DNA of 64,000 bases from Eledone cirrhosa (GCA_964016885.1 OZ024752.1:17174001-17238000), one strand, 5' to 3'. Counted from the first letter of the stretch, positions 26,459-40,443 are shown. Program-made: numbers and translations. Notes: generated by a model from the letters alone, not told the origin.

Positions 26459-28428
26459 GAAAATTGCAACTACTTCCTGTAGAAGAGAAAATTAGCACTA
26501 CTTCCTGTAGAAGAGAAAATTACCACTACTTCCTGTAGAAGAGAAAATTACAACTACTTTCTGTAGAAGAGAAATTTGCTACTTCCCGTAGAAGAGCACA
26601 TTACAACTATTTCCTGTAGAAGAGAAAAATACAACTACTTCCTGTAGACGAGAAAATTACAACTACTTCCTGTAGAAGAGAAAATTACAACTACTTCCTG
26701 TAGAAGAGAAAATTACAACTACTTCCTGTAGACGAGAAAATTACAATTACTTCCTGTACAAGAAAAAATTACAACTACTTCGTCTAGATAAGAACATTAC
26801 AACTACTTCCTGTAGAAGAGCACATTACAACTACTTTCTGTAGAAGAGAAAAATACAACTACTTCCTGTAGAAGAGAAAAATACAACTACTTCCTGTAGA
26901 AGAGAAAATTACAACTACTTACTGTAGAAGAGAAATTTGCTACTTCATGTAGAAGAGAAAATTACAACTTGCTGTAGAAGAGAAAATTACAACTATTTCC
27001 TCTAGAAGAGAAAAATACAACTACTTCCTGTAGACGAGAAAATTACAACTACTTCCTGTAGAAGAGAAAATTACAACTACTTCCTGTAGAAGAGAAAAAT
27101 ACAACTACTTCCTCTAGAAGAGAAAAATACAACTACTTCCTGTAGACGAGAAAATTACAACTACTTCCTGTAGACGAGAAAATTACAACTACATCCTGTA
27201 GAAGAGAAAATTACAACTACTTCCTGTAGAAGAGAAAATTACAACTACTTCCTGTAGAAGAGAAAAATACAACTACTTCCTGTAGAAGAGAAAAATACAA
27301 CTATTTCCTGTAGAAGAGAAAATTACAATTACTTCCTGTAGACGAGAAAATTACAATTACTTCCTGTAGAAGAGAAAAATACAACTACTTCCTGTAGAAG
27401 AGAAAAATACAACTACTTCCTGTAGAAGAGAAAATTACAACTACTTACTGTAGAACAGAAATTTGCTACTTCCTGTAGAAGAGAAAATTACAACTTGCTG
27501 TAGAAGAGACAATTACAACTATTTCCTCTAGAAGAGAAAAATACAACTACTTCCTGTAGACGAGAAAATTACAACTACTTCCTGTAGAAGAGAAAAATAC
27601 AACTACTTCCTGTAGAAGAGAAAATTACCACTACTTCCTGAAGAAAAGAAAATTACAACTACTTTCTGTAGAAGAGAAATTTGCTACTTCCCGTAGAAGA
27701 GCACATTACAACTATTTCCTGTAGAAGAGAAAAATACAACTACTTCCTGTAGACGAGAAAATTACAACTACTTCCTGTAGAAGAGAAAATTACAACTACT
27801 TCCTGTAGAAGAGAAAATTACAACTACTTCCTGTAGACGAGAAAATTACAATTACTTCCTGTACAAGAGAAAATTACAACTACTTCGTCTAGATAAGAAC
27901 ATTACAACTACTTCCTGTAGAAGAACACATTACAACTACTTTCTGTAGAAGAGAAAAATACAACTACTTCCTGTAGAAGAGAAAAATACAACTACTTCCT
28001 GTAGAAGAGAAAATTACAACTACTTACTGTAGAAGAGAAATTTGCTACTTCCTGTAGAAGAGAAAATTACAACTTGCTGTAGAAGAGAAAATTACAACTA
28101 TTTCCTCTAGAAGAGAAGAATACAACTTCTTCCTGTAGACGAGAAAATTACAACTGCTTCCTGTAGAAGAGAAAATTACAACTACTTCCTGTAGAAGAGA
28201 AAATTACAACTACTTCCTGTAGAAGAGAAAAATACAACTACTTCCTGTAGACGAGAAAAATACAACTACTTCCTGTAGAAGAGAAAAATACAACTATTTC
28301 CTGTAGAAGAGAAAATTACAATTACTTCCTGTAGACGAGAAAATTACAATTACTTCCTGTAGAAGAGAAAAATACAACTACTTCCTGTAGAAGAGAAAAA
28401 TACAACTACTTCCTGTAGAAGAGAACAT
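26459..28428. repeat. 28-bp minisatellite (TTACAACTACTTCCTGTAGAAGAGAAAA)n, ~70 units, with a 1105-bp higher-order repeat
   Basis: Diagnostic variants recur at 26571/27676, 26781/27886 and 26932/28037. Confidence 0.95.
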
Positions 28429-28529
28429 ACATGTAAAATATGTCCAGAAAAACCTTTAAAATTGAAATTTATAAATTAAAACAATAAAAAAGTAAAAATC
28501 TCAAATAGCATCTCAGATATGATATTTTA

Positions 28530-29005
28530 TCCACCCAGCTGGACGGAGGGGACGGCAAAAGGCCAGACGGTATGACCATCTTCCCGTTCCGCGGTGGAAA
28601 ACCCCACGTCTGGGATGCCACTTGCAGTGACACTTTCTCCAGCCTTAACCTGGTGCAGTCTGCGACTAACCCAGGTTCTGCTGCACGTCGGGCTGAGGAG
28701 GGCAAACTATCCAAGTACCGGTCACTCTCCGACAGGTTCGCGGTCGTGCCCTTGGCAGTGGAAACTTCTGGTGTCCTTGGCCCTTGGGCTTCCTCCATAC
28801 TCACCACCATAGGCGCTGATCTGGCCAGCCGCAGATGTGACCCTCGCGAGATGGAATGGCTGTTCCAGCGCATCTCCCTTACCATCCTCCGGGGAAACGC
28901 CTTCTCCATTCTGTCCGCCGGGGCTGTGGGAAGGCCAGCACGTGGGATCCCATTTGCTCATAATACAGAGAGATGGGGAGGGCGAGAAAGAGGGAGGCGA
29001 TGACA
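28530..29005 (+). mobile_element. CRE-like non-LTR retrotransposon 3' end (restriction-like endonuclease)
   Basis: GKRPDGMT..WDATC..AEEGKLSKY..PLAVETSG..FQRISLTILRGNA. Confidence 0.8.
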
Positions 29006-29282
29006 GTGGGAGTTCGGCTCCTCCATGTTCGGACCATACCCTTGAAATATATAAAGATGGAAATTTCAACAATTCCTAGACATTACCTTTTACTATTTTA
29101 TATCTATTAATCAACTTGACCGGATGGGAGATAGACGTTATTTTGTAAATAAACCGATTTTAGGATGAATAACGTACGAATGAGCAGAGACCACAGAATA
29201 CCATGTTGTTAGAATGTGGTAAATATAACAAGGTACTGGAGGTATTCGCACAAAATCAGAGATGAGCTTACATATTGAGGGT

Positions 29283-29368
29283 TATCTGAGGATCTTTCGA
29301 TTACAGAGTCAGGTTCGATCAATAATAGATCATTCCTCGAGCTGATCGACAGTGAAACATATGTAATA
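29283..29368 (+). ncRNA. Type I hammerhead motif
   Basis: TAT-CTGAGGA-TCTTTCGATT...GATCGACAGT-GAAAC-ATAT-GTA-ATA. Palindromic stem III ACATATGT. Confidence 0.6.
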
Positions 29369-29505
29369 TGTTATTAAATATGTTATGATGCAATACTGAC
29401 TCTTTGTTTCTTTATTCTTATACTATTATACTGTGCTCTGCGCGAGCATCGAGTGCTCATCCGGCATACCAACTACAGACGCAATTATCTTGCACCTAAT
29501 CACTC

Positions 29506-29573
<68 letters not shown>

Positions 29574-29844
29574 TAAAACATGTCTTTAGAATCACTAGAT
29601 ATAATATATACCATTTCCTCTCCTAATCACCATAATTAACCATATAAGAAATCAATTAGACCAAGCTATAAGAATAAAGGCTCCTATGAAGAAATCTCCG
29701 ACAAATAACCGAAAGCAGCCCCTTCGCGGTGGCTGCGATGGAGTATTTATCGAACATTTCGACAACATGTAGAAATCGACCAGATGTACAGTCAACTAAA
29801 CATAATTAGGTGTAAAATCAAACTTAGAAGAAATGCGTACATAC

Positions 29845-29918
29845 CTCTACCATGGTTTCATCCGTATTTTAAGACATCCGATAACAGGGAATGTCTAGAG
29901 CTTCGGATTCATCAGGAG
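29845..29918 (-). ncRNA. Type I hammerhead ribozyme motif (family B, inverted arm)
   Basis: Reverse complement of the family B motif. Confidence 0.8.
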
Positions 29919-30101
29919 TGAACTCAAAATTAGACATTTAATTTTCCAAAGTGATCGCGCCAAAAATACATTCAAAAATGGCTAAGAATCGTGACGTGGC
30001 AGCGGTCAAGCTAGAAAGGATGTGATTAGTTGCTTACAACGTTTTTGAATGTATTTTTGGCGCGATCACTTTGGAAAATTAAATGTCTAATTTTGAGTTC
30101 A

Positions 30102-30175
30102 CTCCTGATGAATCCGAAGCTCTAGACAGTCCCTGTTATCGTATGTCTTAAAATACGGATGAAACCATGGTAGAG
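30102..30175 (+). ncRNA. Type I hammerhead ribozyme motif (family B)
   Basis: CTC-CTGATGA-ATCCG...CGGAT-GAAAC-CATG-GTA-GAG. Predicted cleavage after 30172. Confidence 0.82.
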
Positions 30176-30757
30176 GTAATTAGGTATGTACGCATTTCTT
30201 CTAAGTTTGATTTTACACCTAATTATGTTTAGTTGACTGTATATCTGGACGATTTCTACATGCTGTCGAAATGTTCGATAAATACTCCATCGTAGCCACC
30301 GCGAAGGGGCTGCTTTCGGTTATTTGTCGGAGATTTCTTCATAGGAGCCTTTATTCTTATAGCTTGGTCTAATTGATTTTTTATATGGTTAATTATGTTG
30401 ATTGGGAGAGGAAATGGTATATATTATATCTAGTGATTCTAAAGACATGTTTTATGATATATAGCTCTGATTATTTAATTTATTAATTCTTCATTGAGCC
30501 ACAACGTGACCTGTTGCAAAACACATATATATCTATGACTTTATATATATGTAAACCTTTATATGTAATAATCTCCCGTTTGGTTGAGATACAATTTGGC
30601 TATATTGGGCTGCGCTTTCAGCAATAAGCCTACCCGCCGTAAGCAACTAATCACATCCTTTCTAGCTTGACCGCTGCCACGTCACGATTCTTAGGCATTT
30701 TTGAATGTATTTTTGGCACGATCACTTTGGAAAATTAAATGTCTAATTTTGAGTTCA

Positions 30758-30831
30758 CTCCTGATGAATCCGAAGCTCTAGACAGTCCCTGTTATCGGAT
30801 GTCTTAAAATACGGATGAAACCATGGTAGAG
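30758..30831 (+). ncRNA. Type I hammerhead ribozyme motif (family B)
   Basis: Same motif. Predicted cleavage after 30828. Confidence 0.82.
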
Positions 30832-31413
30832 GTAATTAGGTATGTACGCATTTCTTCTAAGTTTGATTTTACACCTAATTATGTTTAGTTGACTGTATAT
30901 CTGGACGATTTCTACATGCTGTCGAAATGTTCGATAAATACTCCATCGTAGCGACCGCGTAGGGGCTGCTTTCGGTTATTTGCCGGCGATTTCTTCATAG
31001 GAGCCTTTATTCTCATAGCTTGGTCTAATTGATTTTTTATATGGTTAATTATGCTGATTGGGAGAGGAAATGGTATATATTATATCTAGTGATTCTAAAG
31101 ACATGTTTTATGATATATAGCTCTGATTATTTAATTTATTAATTCTTCATTGAGCCACAACGTGACCTGTTGCAAAACACATATATATCTATGACTTTAT
31201 ATATATGTAAACCTTTATATGTAATAATCTCCCGTTAGGTTGAGATACAATTTGGCTATATTGGGCTGCGCTTTCAGCAATAAGCCTACCCGCCATAAGC
31301 AACTAATCACATCCTTTTTAGCTTGACCGCTGCCACGTCACGATTCTTAGCCATTTTTGACTGTATTTTTGGCGCGATCACTTTGGAAAATTAAATGTCT
31401 AATTTTGAGTTCA

Positions 31414-31487
31414 CTCCTGATGAATCCGAAGCTCTAGACATTCCCTGTTATCGGATGTCTTAAAATACGGATGAAACCATGGTAGAG
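31414..31487 (+). ncRNA. Type I hammerhead ribozyme motif (family B)
   Basis: Same motif. Predicted cleavage after 31484. Confidence 0.82.
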
Positions 31488-31701
31488 GTAATTAGGTATG
31501 TACGCATTTCTTCTAAGTTTGATTTTACACCTAATTATGTTTAGTTGACTGTATATCTGGACGATTTCTGCATGCTGTCGAAATGTTCGATAAATACTCC
31601 ATCGTAGCCACCGCGAAGGGGCTGCTTTCGGTTATTTGTCGGAGATTTCTTCATAGGAGCCTTTATTCTTATAGCTTGGTGTAATTGATTTTTTTATATG
31701 A

Positions 31702-32341
31702 CAAAGAGCTCAGGATTTCTTCTCCTTTGAGCACATTATTTACAGGGAATAGCGAGGGCCTATGCCTCCGTTAATTTATCGTGATATTTCGCTCCTAATA
31801 ACAGTCTTTCCTACCTCAGTTTGGTTGAGCACACTTCTCTGAGTGGCTTTGGGCTGCCCTTTCTAGCAGTTCGTCCCCCAGAGGCCACTGGTTCACTGCC
31901 CTTAAACACGCTGTGACTTCTCCCTCCCATGTGTAGCTGGACAGTCAATTTTAAAATTCTCTTAGTGTTGTCTGAAATGTATAGCCTTACACACGGTGAT
32001 GAACCGAGGCTAACCCATTGCTTTCAACAAATTATTGGTGAAACATATCTTTGGATTAGTGTCTTTGGATTTGTACGTGTGTTATATAGTTATAGAGGTA
32101 TTTATTTACGCTTTAATTTATATTTTTAATTATCATGTCTATAGTCTGCCTTTCATAAATTATAGATTCCATACACTGGTGGTTTTTTCCCCCTGTTTTA
32201 TTGATAACGCACTATATATCTCTCTCTGGTGTGTTACCTTTTCAACATATTGTATTTTAAAGAGCTCAAGATTTCTTCTCCTTTGAGCACATTATTTACA
32301 GGGAATAGCGAGGGCCTATGCCTCCGTTAATTTATCGTGTT
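31702..32341 (+). mobile_element. Non-coding element with ~80-bp terminal direct repeats and a degenerate hammerhead (31991-32080)
   Basis: AAAGAGCTCA(G/A)GATTTCTTCTCCTTTGAGCAC...TTTATCGTG at ~31703 and ~32259. Motif ACACG-GTGATGA-ACCGA...TTGGT-GAAAC...GTA-CGTGT, with the first core C changed to G. Confidence 0.6.
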
Positions 32342-32343
32342 AT

Positions 32344-32427
<84 letters not shown>

Positions 32428-32899
32428 GGGGTGGGGGTGCGCGCGTGTGTGTGAGTATGTATTTGTGAATGTGTCTGTTGACATCTGGAATATGGCTTAA
32501 GAGAAACTTGAAGATAATGGTATGATAGGCACTCAATATTTTGAACTGGTCTATAGAATTCTCTAGGCCTTTATCACTCTAAGAAGAATTAGCTTTTAAA
32601 GAATTTCCCTTTTCTTTAAATCCATCAACCATGACTGACCACCAACGATCTTATAGACACCTGAAATATAGGCATTGTTAGCTTAAGAGAAACTTAAAAA
32701 TAAGGAGTGGCACCCCATTCTGAACTTGTTTATAGAATTCTTTCTGCCTTTGTTACTCTAAATATAAATTATAGCTTTAAAGAATTAGCTTTTAATGAAT
32801 TCTCTTTTCTATCAACCAATGACCTCTACCCATCGCACTCCCCACCTTCCCCTACCACCTGAAGAGATCTATAAATACCATATTTATTTTTTGATACCC

Positions 32900-32950
32900 A
32901 GATTCCTGATGATTTCTAAAGAATGAAACAGTTCTAGTCCTGTAGAATCT
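32900..32950 (+). ncRNA. Type I hammerhead motif
   Basis: AGATTC-CTGATGA-T-TTCT-AA-AGAA-T-GAAACAG-TTCTAGTC-CTGTA-GAATCT. Confidence 0.7.
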
Positions 32951-33047
32951 CATCTATATTAAAACTTTTATGCTCTGCTATGTATTGAGTACCTTAATTA
33001 CTGTGGTTACCTCCGATTCAACCCGGAATAACGTATATATATATAAC

Positions 33048-33104
<57 letters not shown>

Positions 33105-33244
33105 GGTTTGAGGTTCACCACTGTATAGAGCTGGTCTATTCCGTATGGTCAATCGTAATGCAATAATATAGAGAGTACTCAACGTAAAGCAGTTCAACCG
33201 TCTTTGTTTTTGTAGTTGGTGGTGCTATTACGGAGTTAAATATT

Positions 33245-34310
<1,066 letters not shown>

Positions 34311-34770
34311 TAAAACATGAGAAGAAAGAATACTGCGTGGTTGCACATGGGTTACATATGATAAAAATAGTCCTTCGTCAGTGATTTTCCAACCTTAATT
34401 GGTATTTCATCGCTTTAAAAATCATATACCTTCGGTTGGTGCGAACAATAGCTAAATAAAGCTATTGGGACAAGTAAATCGCGTAAAGCGAGCGAGACAG
34501 TAAACAACAGGGAAGGATAGCAACGCAAAGATAGGAAAAAACAAGCAGCATGGGAATCCGGTCAGCTTAAGCTGGGTGGATTTCATGAGCGAGAGGGATA
34601 TACAGACCATCCGACGTGAGTGAGATGTGAGCAAGAAGAGAACCCACTACAGGCCAAACGGGAGGAAGTGAAAAGGGGAGAAACAGAGAGTGAGTGAGTG
34701 GAAGTGCGAGGAAGAGGCCAGTCGAGAGAAAGTGTAACTGACAGAGGGAGCGAAAGAAGGTGAGAGAAAC

Positions 34771-34801
<31 letters not shown>

Positions 34802-34808
34802 TACATGT

Positions 34809-34894
<86 letters not shown>

Positions 34895-35534
34895 CAATAT
34901 ATAGAGGAGATAACACGAGAGAGTTTGTTTTCAATTACAGGGGTATAAGGCAACGAGAGTGAAAAATAAAAAAAAACATAATTAAAGAGATAAATTAAAA
35001 TGTATAAACCCACCTTTATAACTATAAAACACCTGGACAGACTCAGAGAGAATGCATTACCATAAACTGTGTAAGAATCATAACGACTCAGGGTTCGTCA
35101 GCAGGTTTAAATAAGGTACGTCTCCCATTTCTAAATAGACATTAGATAATTAACGTGTTGTACGTGTAGGGAGAAGGAAAATACGCGCGCCAGACAGTAC
35201 ATAGTGGCTCCTATGGATAAATAAACTGCCTGAAATGGCAGCTTATAACCATTCAACTGAAAAGGCGCAACAGAGAAATTAGTAAGGAGCTGAAATATCA
35301 AATGAAGCAACGGAGTTAGAGACTCGCGTGTATCCCTGTAATTAAATGAGCTGAAGGAATAAGTACCGGGCTCTTCATAATACAGTATAGACAGGAGAAA
35401 ACAGAAAAGAGTATGTTTTCAATTACAGCGCGAGTCTTTAACTCTGTTGTTTCATTTGATATATATATATATATATATATATCAAATGAGTGCTCACCCG
35501 GGTGAACCTGCAGTAACTCCTAGTTACACCCACT

Positions 35535-35575
<41 letters not shown>

Positions 35576-35581
<6 letters not shown>

Positions 35582-36211
35582 CCCAGAAAAACATGGGACG
35601 AGCTGATAAATTCCGACCTCACACGCTTACACCTCTCCAAGACAATGTCACTGGACCGAGACCTTTGGCGGTACTCAGTAATAGAGAAGACCCGCCTTAC
35701 CTAAATACAAAGTAAAAACCTACTACAGTCAGTAGGCATCTCTATCAAAACACACCCCCGTCCCACCACCTCCACCCCACCCACACCGCCCCTTTCAATG
35801 TAAAGTTATGTTGGTCCCACAACATCCAGGCCGAAACAAATGAGATCGTGTAGGTGTCACGACAAAAACACACAGTCCACGCTGTAAATGTGGCCGTGTA
35901 GGCAACACGGTAAAAACCTCCCAGCCCCACACTGTAAATGTGGTTGGTGTTAGGAAGGGCATCCAGCTGTAGAAAACCCGCCAGACAGTCCACGCTGTAA
36001 TGTGGCCGTGTAGGCAACACGGTAAAAACCTCCCAGCCCCACACTGTAAATGTGGTTGGTGTTAGGAAGGGCATCCAACTGTAGAAAACCCGCCAGACAG
36101 TCCTATGCGAACAAGACAACCACTCTTGCCTCAAGTGGGAAAACCCCCGTCCAAACCCATGCAAGCGTGGAACACGGACGCTAAACCTGATGATGATGAT
36201 GATGATGATGA
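35576..36211 (+). mobile_element. RTE-like LINE 3' end with a ~113-bp internal duplication and (GAT)n tail
   Basis: RPRKTWDELINSDL...DRDLWR. AGGAAGGGCATCCA(G/A)CTGTAGAAAACC occurs twice. Confidence 0.7.
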
Positions 36212-36339
36212 TATACAATGCAAACACCAAAACCAACCACTAGCACAACCCGAAACAACACCGCACAGACAACACATCACAACAACCAACTACATGCTAA
36301 CTCCAAACAGAATCTGACCAACCGGCAATAAAACAACAA

Positions 36340-36802
36340 CCCCATAACTCCCAGCTGTAACCGCAAAAAGCGGGGGGAATGCCCACTGAGCGGGAAGTGC
36401 CTCGTTTAATACATTATATACCAGTACGATGTCACAGCCGGTCGGAAGGAATACACCTATATAGGCGCGACCTCGACTACATTTAAAGAGCGTTTGTACA
36501 ACCACAAAAGCTCTTTCAACCACAGACCTAAGCGTTCCCAAACCAGTCGGGCCGATTTAATCTGGAACCTCAAAGATAGGAATCTGAAATACCAGATCAA
36601 ATGGTCCGTTTGGAGACGCATGGCCCAACTTTCCAGCAGAGGAAGCCACTGCAGGTTGTGCCTGGCAGAATCGGTAGAAATCATTAAATTAAAATCGGTC
36701 ATTAATTTGAGATCGGAAATCCTCATAAACTGCAGACACACCGAAAAGCATAATTCTCTGCCATGGTATATGGGCAGTAACCACAGACCGACCAAAACTT
36801 AA
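36340..36802 (+). mobile_element. Penelope-like GIY-YIG endonuclease fragment
   Basis: ECPLSGKCLV*YIIYQ...TYIGATSTTFKERLYNHKSSF...IKWS...CRLCLAE...INLRSE...CRH. Confidence 0.8.
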
Positions 36803-37265
36803 CCACCTGAAATTAGACAACGATAGACACAACATCCTAGTAACTGCTAACTTTATCATCGTCTCCATTACTACTGTTACGTTCATTACAATTGATGTTC
36901 TTGTTAATATTACATTGCATCCTTTATCATGTCCCTCATCACTAAACATATCACCGTATATCCACAACTCTCAACCACACTAACACATACCACATACCCT
37001 TAAGGCACACACAAACCAGCAGCGCCATGCACATCACCCCAATTGATTTCATCACTTCCATTTGTATTACCAATTTCATCACCGTTATTTAACATTACAG
37101 GGGCGGTGGATTGGCAGGTTCTTTCTATTTCAAGGTTAACGCTTGAAATAGAAGGAACATGGTCTTATCGTTTCGGTCGCTTGTCCTTCATCAAAAGAAA
37201 GTATGTTAAATAAGATAAACTGAAGGGTGAATGCAGCGATTCTTTGCATAAACTTTAATCTGTTA

Positions 37266-37307
<42 letters not shown>

Positions 37308-37335
37308 ATCAAAAGATGGTTAAAAGAGTTCCAAG

Positions 37336-37406
37336 TATTTTATTATGCGCATTTCAAAAACATATATCATCATGGGATGATATCTGCGTTCTCATCAGAT
37401 AAAATA
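37336..37406 (-). ncRNA. Type I hammerhead motif
   Basis: TATTTTAT-CTGATGA-...ATATCATC/GATGATAT...-GAAAT-GCGC-ATA-ATAAAATA. 8-bp stem I and palindromic stem III. Confidence 0.68.
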
Positions 37407-37552
37407 GGGAGACATGAGCTGAAGCTTAAAAAACACTTGTGAGCAGCGAGGTTTTAAATCAACATATCTTATATTAGTTATACCCCAGTCCTAGAGTGCT
37501 ACTTATCCGATATTTGCATTGCTTTATTGTGCTACAATAAAATTCACCTCCT

Positions 37553-37584
<32 letters not shown>

Positions 37585-37845
37585 TTCGTTTTCTGAATTT
37601 GTTTAGCAAGATTCTTTATCTGAAAACGTGTGTTGAAACCGATATTGTTATACTTTGGGAGGGTCATGTTGCCAATAAGAAACACACGTACCAGTTGCTT
37701 TCACTCCAATTTATTATAAATCAAGAAATTTTTTCAAAAAAAAAAAAAAGAATTTATGTAAAAGAATTTATTTTTTATTTTTTTTTTTTTAAATTTATAA
37801 ATTTCCGGTTGGTTGGTTCCACAACCGGATGGTTGTTCATATATT

Positions 37846-37888
37846 GTCAAAGTTATTTCGTCACACATTGTGTGACCTCTTCAGTGAC
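37846..37888 (-). ncRNA. Minimal hammerhead motif, relative of the Penelope 3'-UTR motif
   Basis: GTCA-CTGAAGA-G-GTCACAC-AAT-GTGTGAC-GAAAT-AA-CTT-TGAC. Confidence 0.6.
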
Positions 37889-38032
37889 TGGCGATTTCTT
37901 TCTTTGTTTTGTGCCAGTCCTTTGTTCCGTCCTACGCCATCTTGTTTTTGTATATATAGTAATAATAATAAATTTGAATAATTCTTTGCTTAAACTTTAA
38001 TCTGTTATTTTAATAAATAAATAAATAAATAA

Positions 38033-38177
<145 letters not shown>

Positions 38178-38325
38178 TAACAGATTAAAGTTTAAGCAAA
38201 GCCGCAATTCTTTGCTTAAACTTAATGTGTTATTTTAAATATTTGCTCTAGGGTTCTTATATATTTGATATATATTTATGCTTATCGAGCCCTCTTTGGA
38301 GTTTAGTCTTCTCATTTATTATTAT

Positions 38326-38389
<64 letters not shown>

Positions 38390-38391
<2 letters not shown>

Positions 38392-38975
38392 TATAAAGCA
38401 TGTCCATAGAATCATTCGATAATATATATACACCATTTCCTCTCCCAATTAGCATAATCAACCACACAAAAAAACAATTAAACCAGGCTATAAGATTAAA
38501 AGCACCTATGAAGAAATTGTAGATAGATAAACGACAGCCATCTATTAGCGATCAACCGCTATAGAATATTTACCCAACATTTCAATAGCACGTGGAAATC
38601 GATTAAATATACCTTCAACCATACACAATTAGGTATAAAATTAAAGTTAGAAGAAAAAATGCATATACACATACCAGGATTACGTTTCTACCCTTAGGGT
38701 TTCGTTCGCTTTTGGAAATATCCTATCAAGGATAAATTCTCGAGCTTCGAACTCATCAGGAAACAAACTCACTTGGACAAAGATTTTTCTTAAATGATCC
38801 CCGCCAGAAACGAATTCAAAATGGCTAAGAACTGTGACGTGGCAGTGGTCAAGTCAGAAAGAATGTGATTGGTGCCTTACGACGAGTGGGCTAGTTGCTA
38901 GAAAGCGCAGCCCAATATTGCCCAAATTGCATCTCAACCTTATGGGAGATTATCAAATATAAAGATTTACATATA
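38390..38975 (-). mobile_element. Diverged single unit of hammerhead repeat family B (hammerhead at 38684-38764)
   Basis: Shares ACCATTTCCTCTCC, AATGGCTAAGA, GTGACGTGGCAG and GCGCAGCCCAATAT with family B. Motif GTTTC-CTGATGA-GTTCG...CGAAC-GAAAC-CCTAAGG-GTA-GAAAC. Confidence 0.82.
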
Positions 38976-40255
38976 CACAAACTATATATATATATATGTG
39001 TGTGTGTGTATATATGTGTAGATATGTGTATGTGCGTGTGTATATGTAAGTGTATGTATGTGTGAGTGTGTGTATGTGTGTGTATGAATATGTATGTGGG
39101 CTGTAATTATCTATACATGTAGGGAAGTGAATATGTGACCAAGCATGTCGCTCCACCCACACATCCCCTCCCAAACCAATATCACCATCGTACATTTCTG
39201 ACAAATATTCCCAAACTATCCTGAATTTTCTCTTTGCTGTCATCCCATTCTTATCAAAAGACAAGTATCTTACACCTCATTAAAACCCCCCCACCACCAG
39301 ACAAACACCTAAATTCATCTTTAATATAGAAAATTGTAGAAGTTATTCTTCATAAATTTAAGGTAGTTGATTCAGCTATAAGAAAAGAATTTGAAAAACA
39401 TCCTGCCATTATATTCATCACAGGTCATTTATTGAAATGTAACCCGCAGGAGGAGACTTTTACAGTCCCTTTCCTAAACAGTCTTTAAACAACCCAACAC
39501 CACTCCCAATTATCTTGCTGTTACCATTCACTATTTTCTGTATATGTATCTGTTAGACACGCAGTGACTAACAACAGAATGTTTTAAGTCTGCATGTTGT
39601 ATGAAAATATATGCGTAGTTTGTGAATAAAAGATTCAAGGGGTATTGCTGGCCGTGGCGATTCCTTCCAAACATGTTTTGTAATGTATCGTCTTATTGGC
39701 TAATTTCATCGTCTTATTGGCTAATCAACCAATGAGAGTAATTGTTGCTCAAAAGCGTTTTGTTTGCACGTTTATTTATCGTTTCGCTTTCGAATCTTCC
39801 TCATGTATTTTGTCGTTTTATCATCAAAATATTTTTCTCGTTTTGGTAAGTTATATTGTTAATTTATATATGAATTTTTAAATTTATATTAACTATTTTT
39901 TTTCAGTTCGTTATAACATGCTTAGAATATTGGTTGTATCATATTTACTTGTATATATGTCCATATTATTGTTCGTTTTATGTTAGATTATTTTATTATT
40001 ATTATGTTAGATTATTTTTTTATTATTATGTTAGACTATTTGTATGTAATATTTAATTTTTATTAATTCAACTATAACAATTATTATGTAAAATATATTT
40101 ATTTAATATTGATTGTTTTTTGTAGTTGTTTATATTAAAAGTCTCAAAATATTTTTATACATCTTACAATAATATTTATAAGATCATTTATAAAATAACA
40201 ATTATATAAACTAATTACATTACAACAATAATTTATTATTAATATATATCATTAA

Positions 40256-40443
40256 GGGCGGTGAATTGGCAGTATCGGTAGAGGGTTGGACGCCATGCTT
40301 TCTAGCATAGTTACGTCCCTTTACGGTTTGAGTTCAAATCCCGCTGAGGTTAACTTTGCCTTTCATCCTTACGGGGTCGATAAAATAAAGTACCAGTAAT
40401 GTACTGGTAATTTGCTGGCCTTGTGCCTAAAGTAGAAACAATT
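40256..40443 (+). mobile_element. tRNA-derived SINE, full length
   Basis: GGGCGGTGAATTGGCAGTATCGG...GAGTTCAAATCCC...GCCTTTCATCCTTACGGGGTCGATAAAATAAAGTACCAG...AGTAGAAACA. Confidence 0.82.

Larger units (their letters stand above)
29571..31699. mobile_element. Non-autonomous hammerhead-containing tandem repeat, family B: inverted arm plus ~2.5 x 656-bp direct units
   Basis: CTGATGA at 30105, 30761 and 31417 (period 656). 29571-30037 is an inverted copy. No ORF of 60 aa or more. The left end abuts (TA)n. Confidence 0.88.

Noticed and set aside
26459-28428. CRISPR-like array of 28-bp repeats
   Set aside because: Units are contiguous with no unique spacers, there are no cas genes, and the context is eukaryotic.
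34360-34400. CTGACGA-AGGAC (minus), and the related CTGATGA-AGGAC at ~55755-55770
   Set aside because: Probably truncated hammerheads of one shared family, but no GAAA, stem III or NUH half follows, so they were not counted.
37160-37198. TTGATGA...GAAAC hammerhead-like string (minus)
   Set aside because: The core is mutated and I found no convincing stem I or III.
40256-40345. tRNA gene
   Set aside because: The A/B boxes belong to a multi-copy SINE head and there is no complete cloverleaf.
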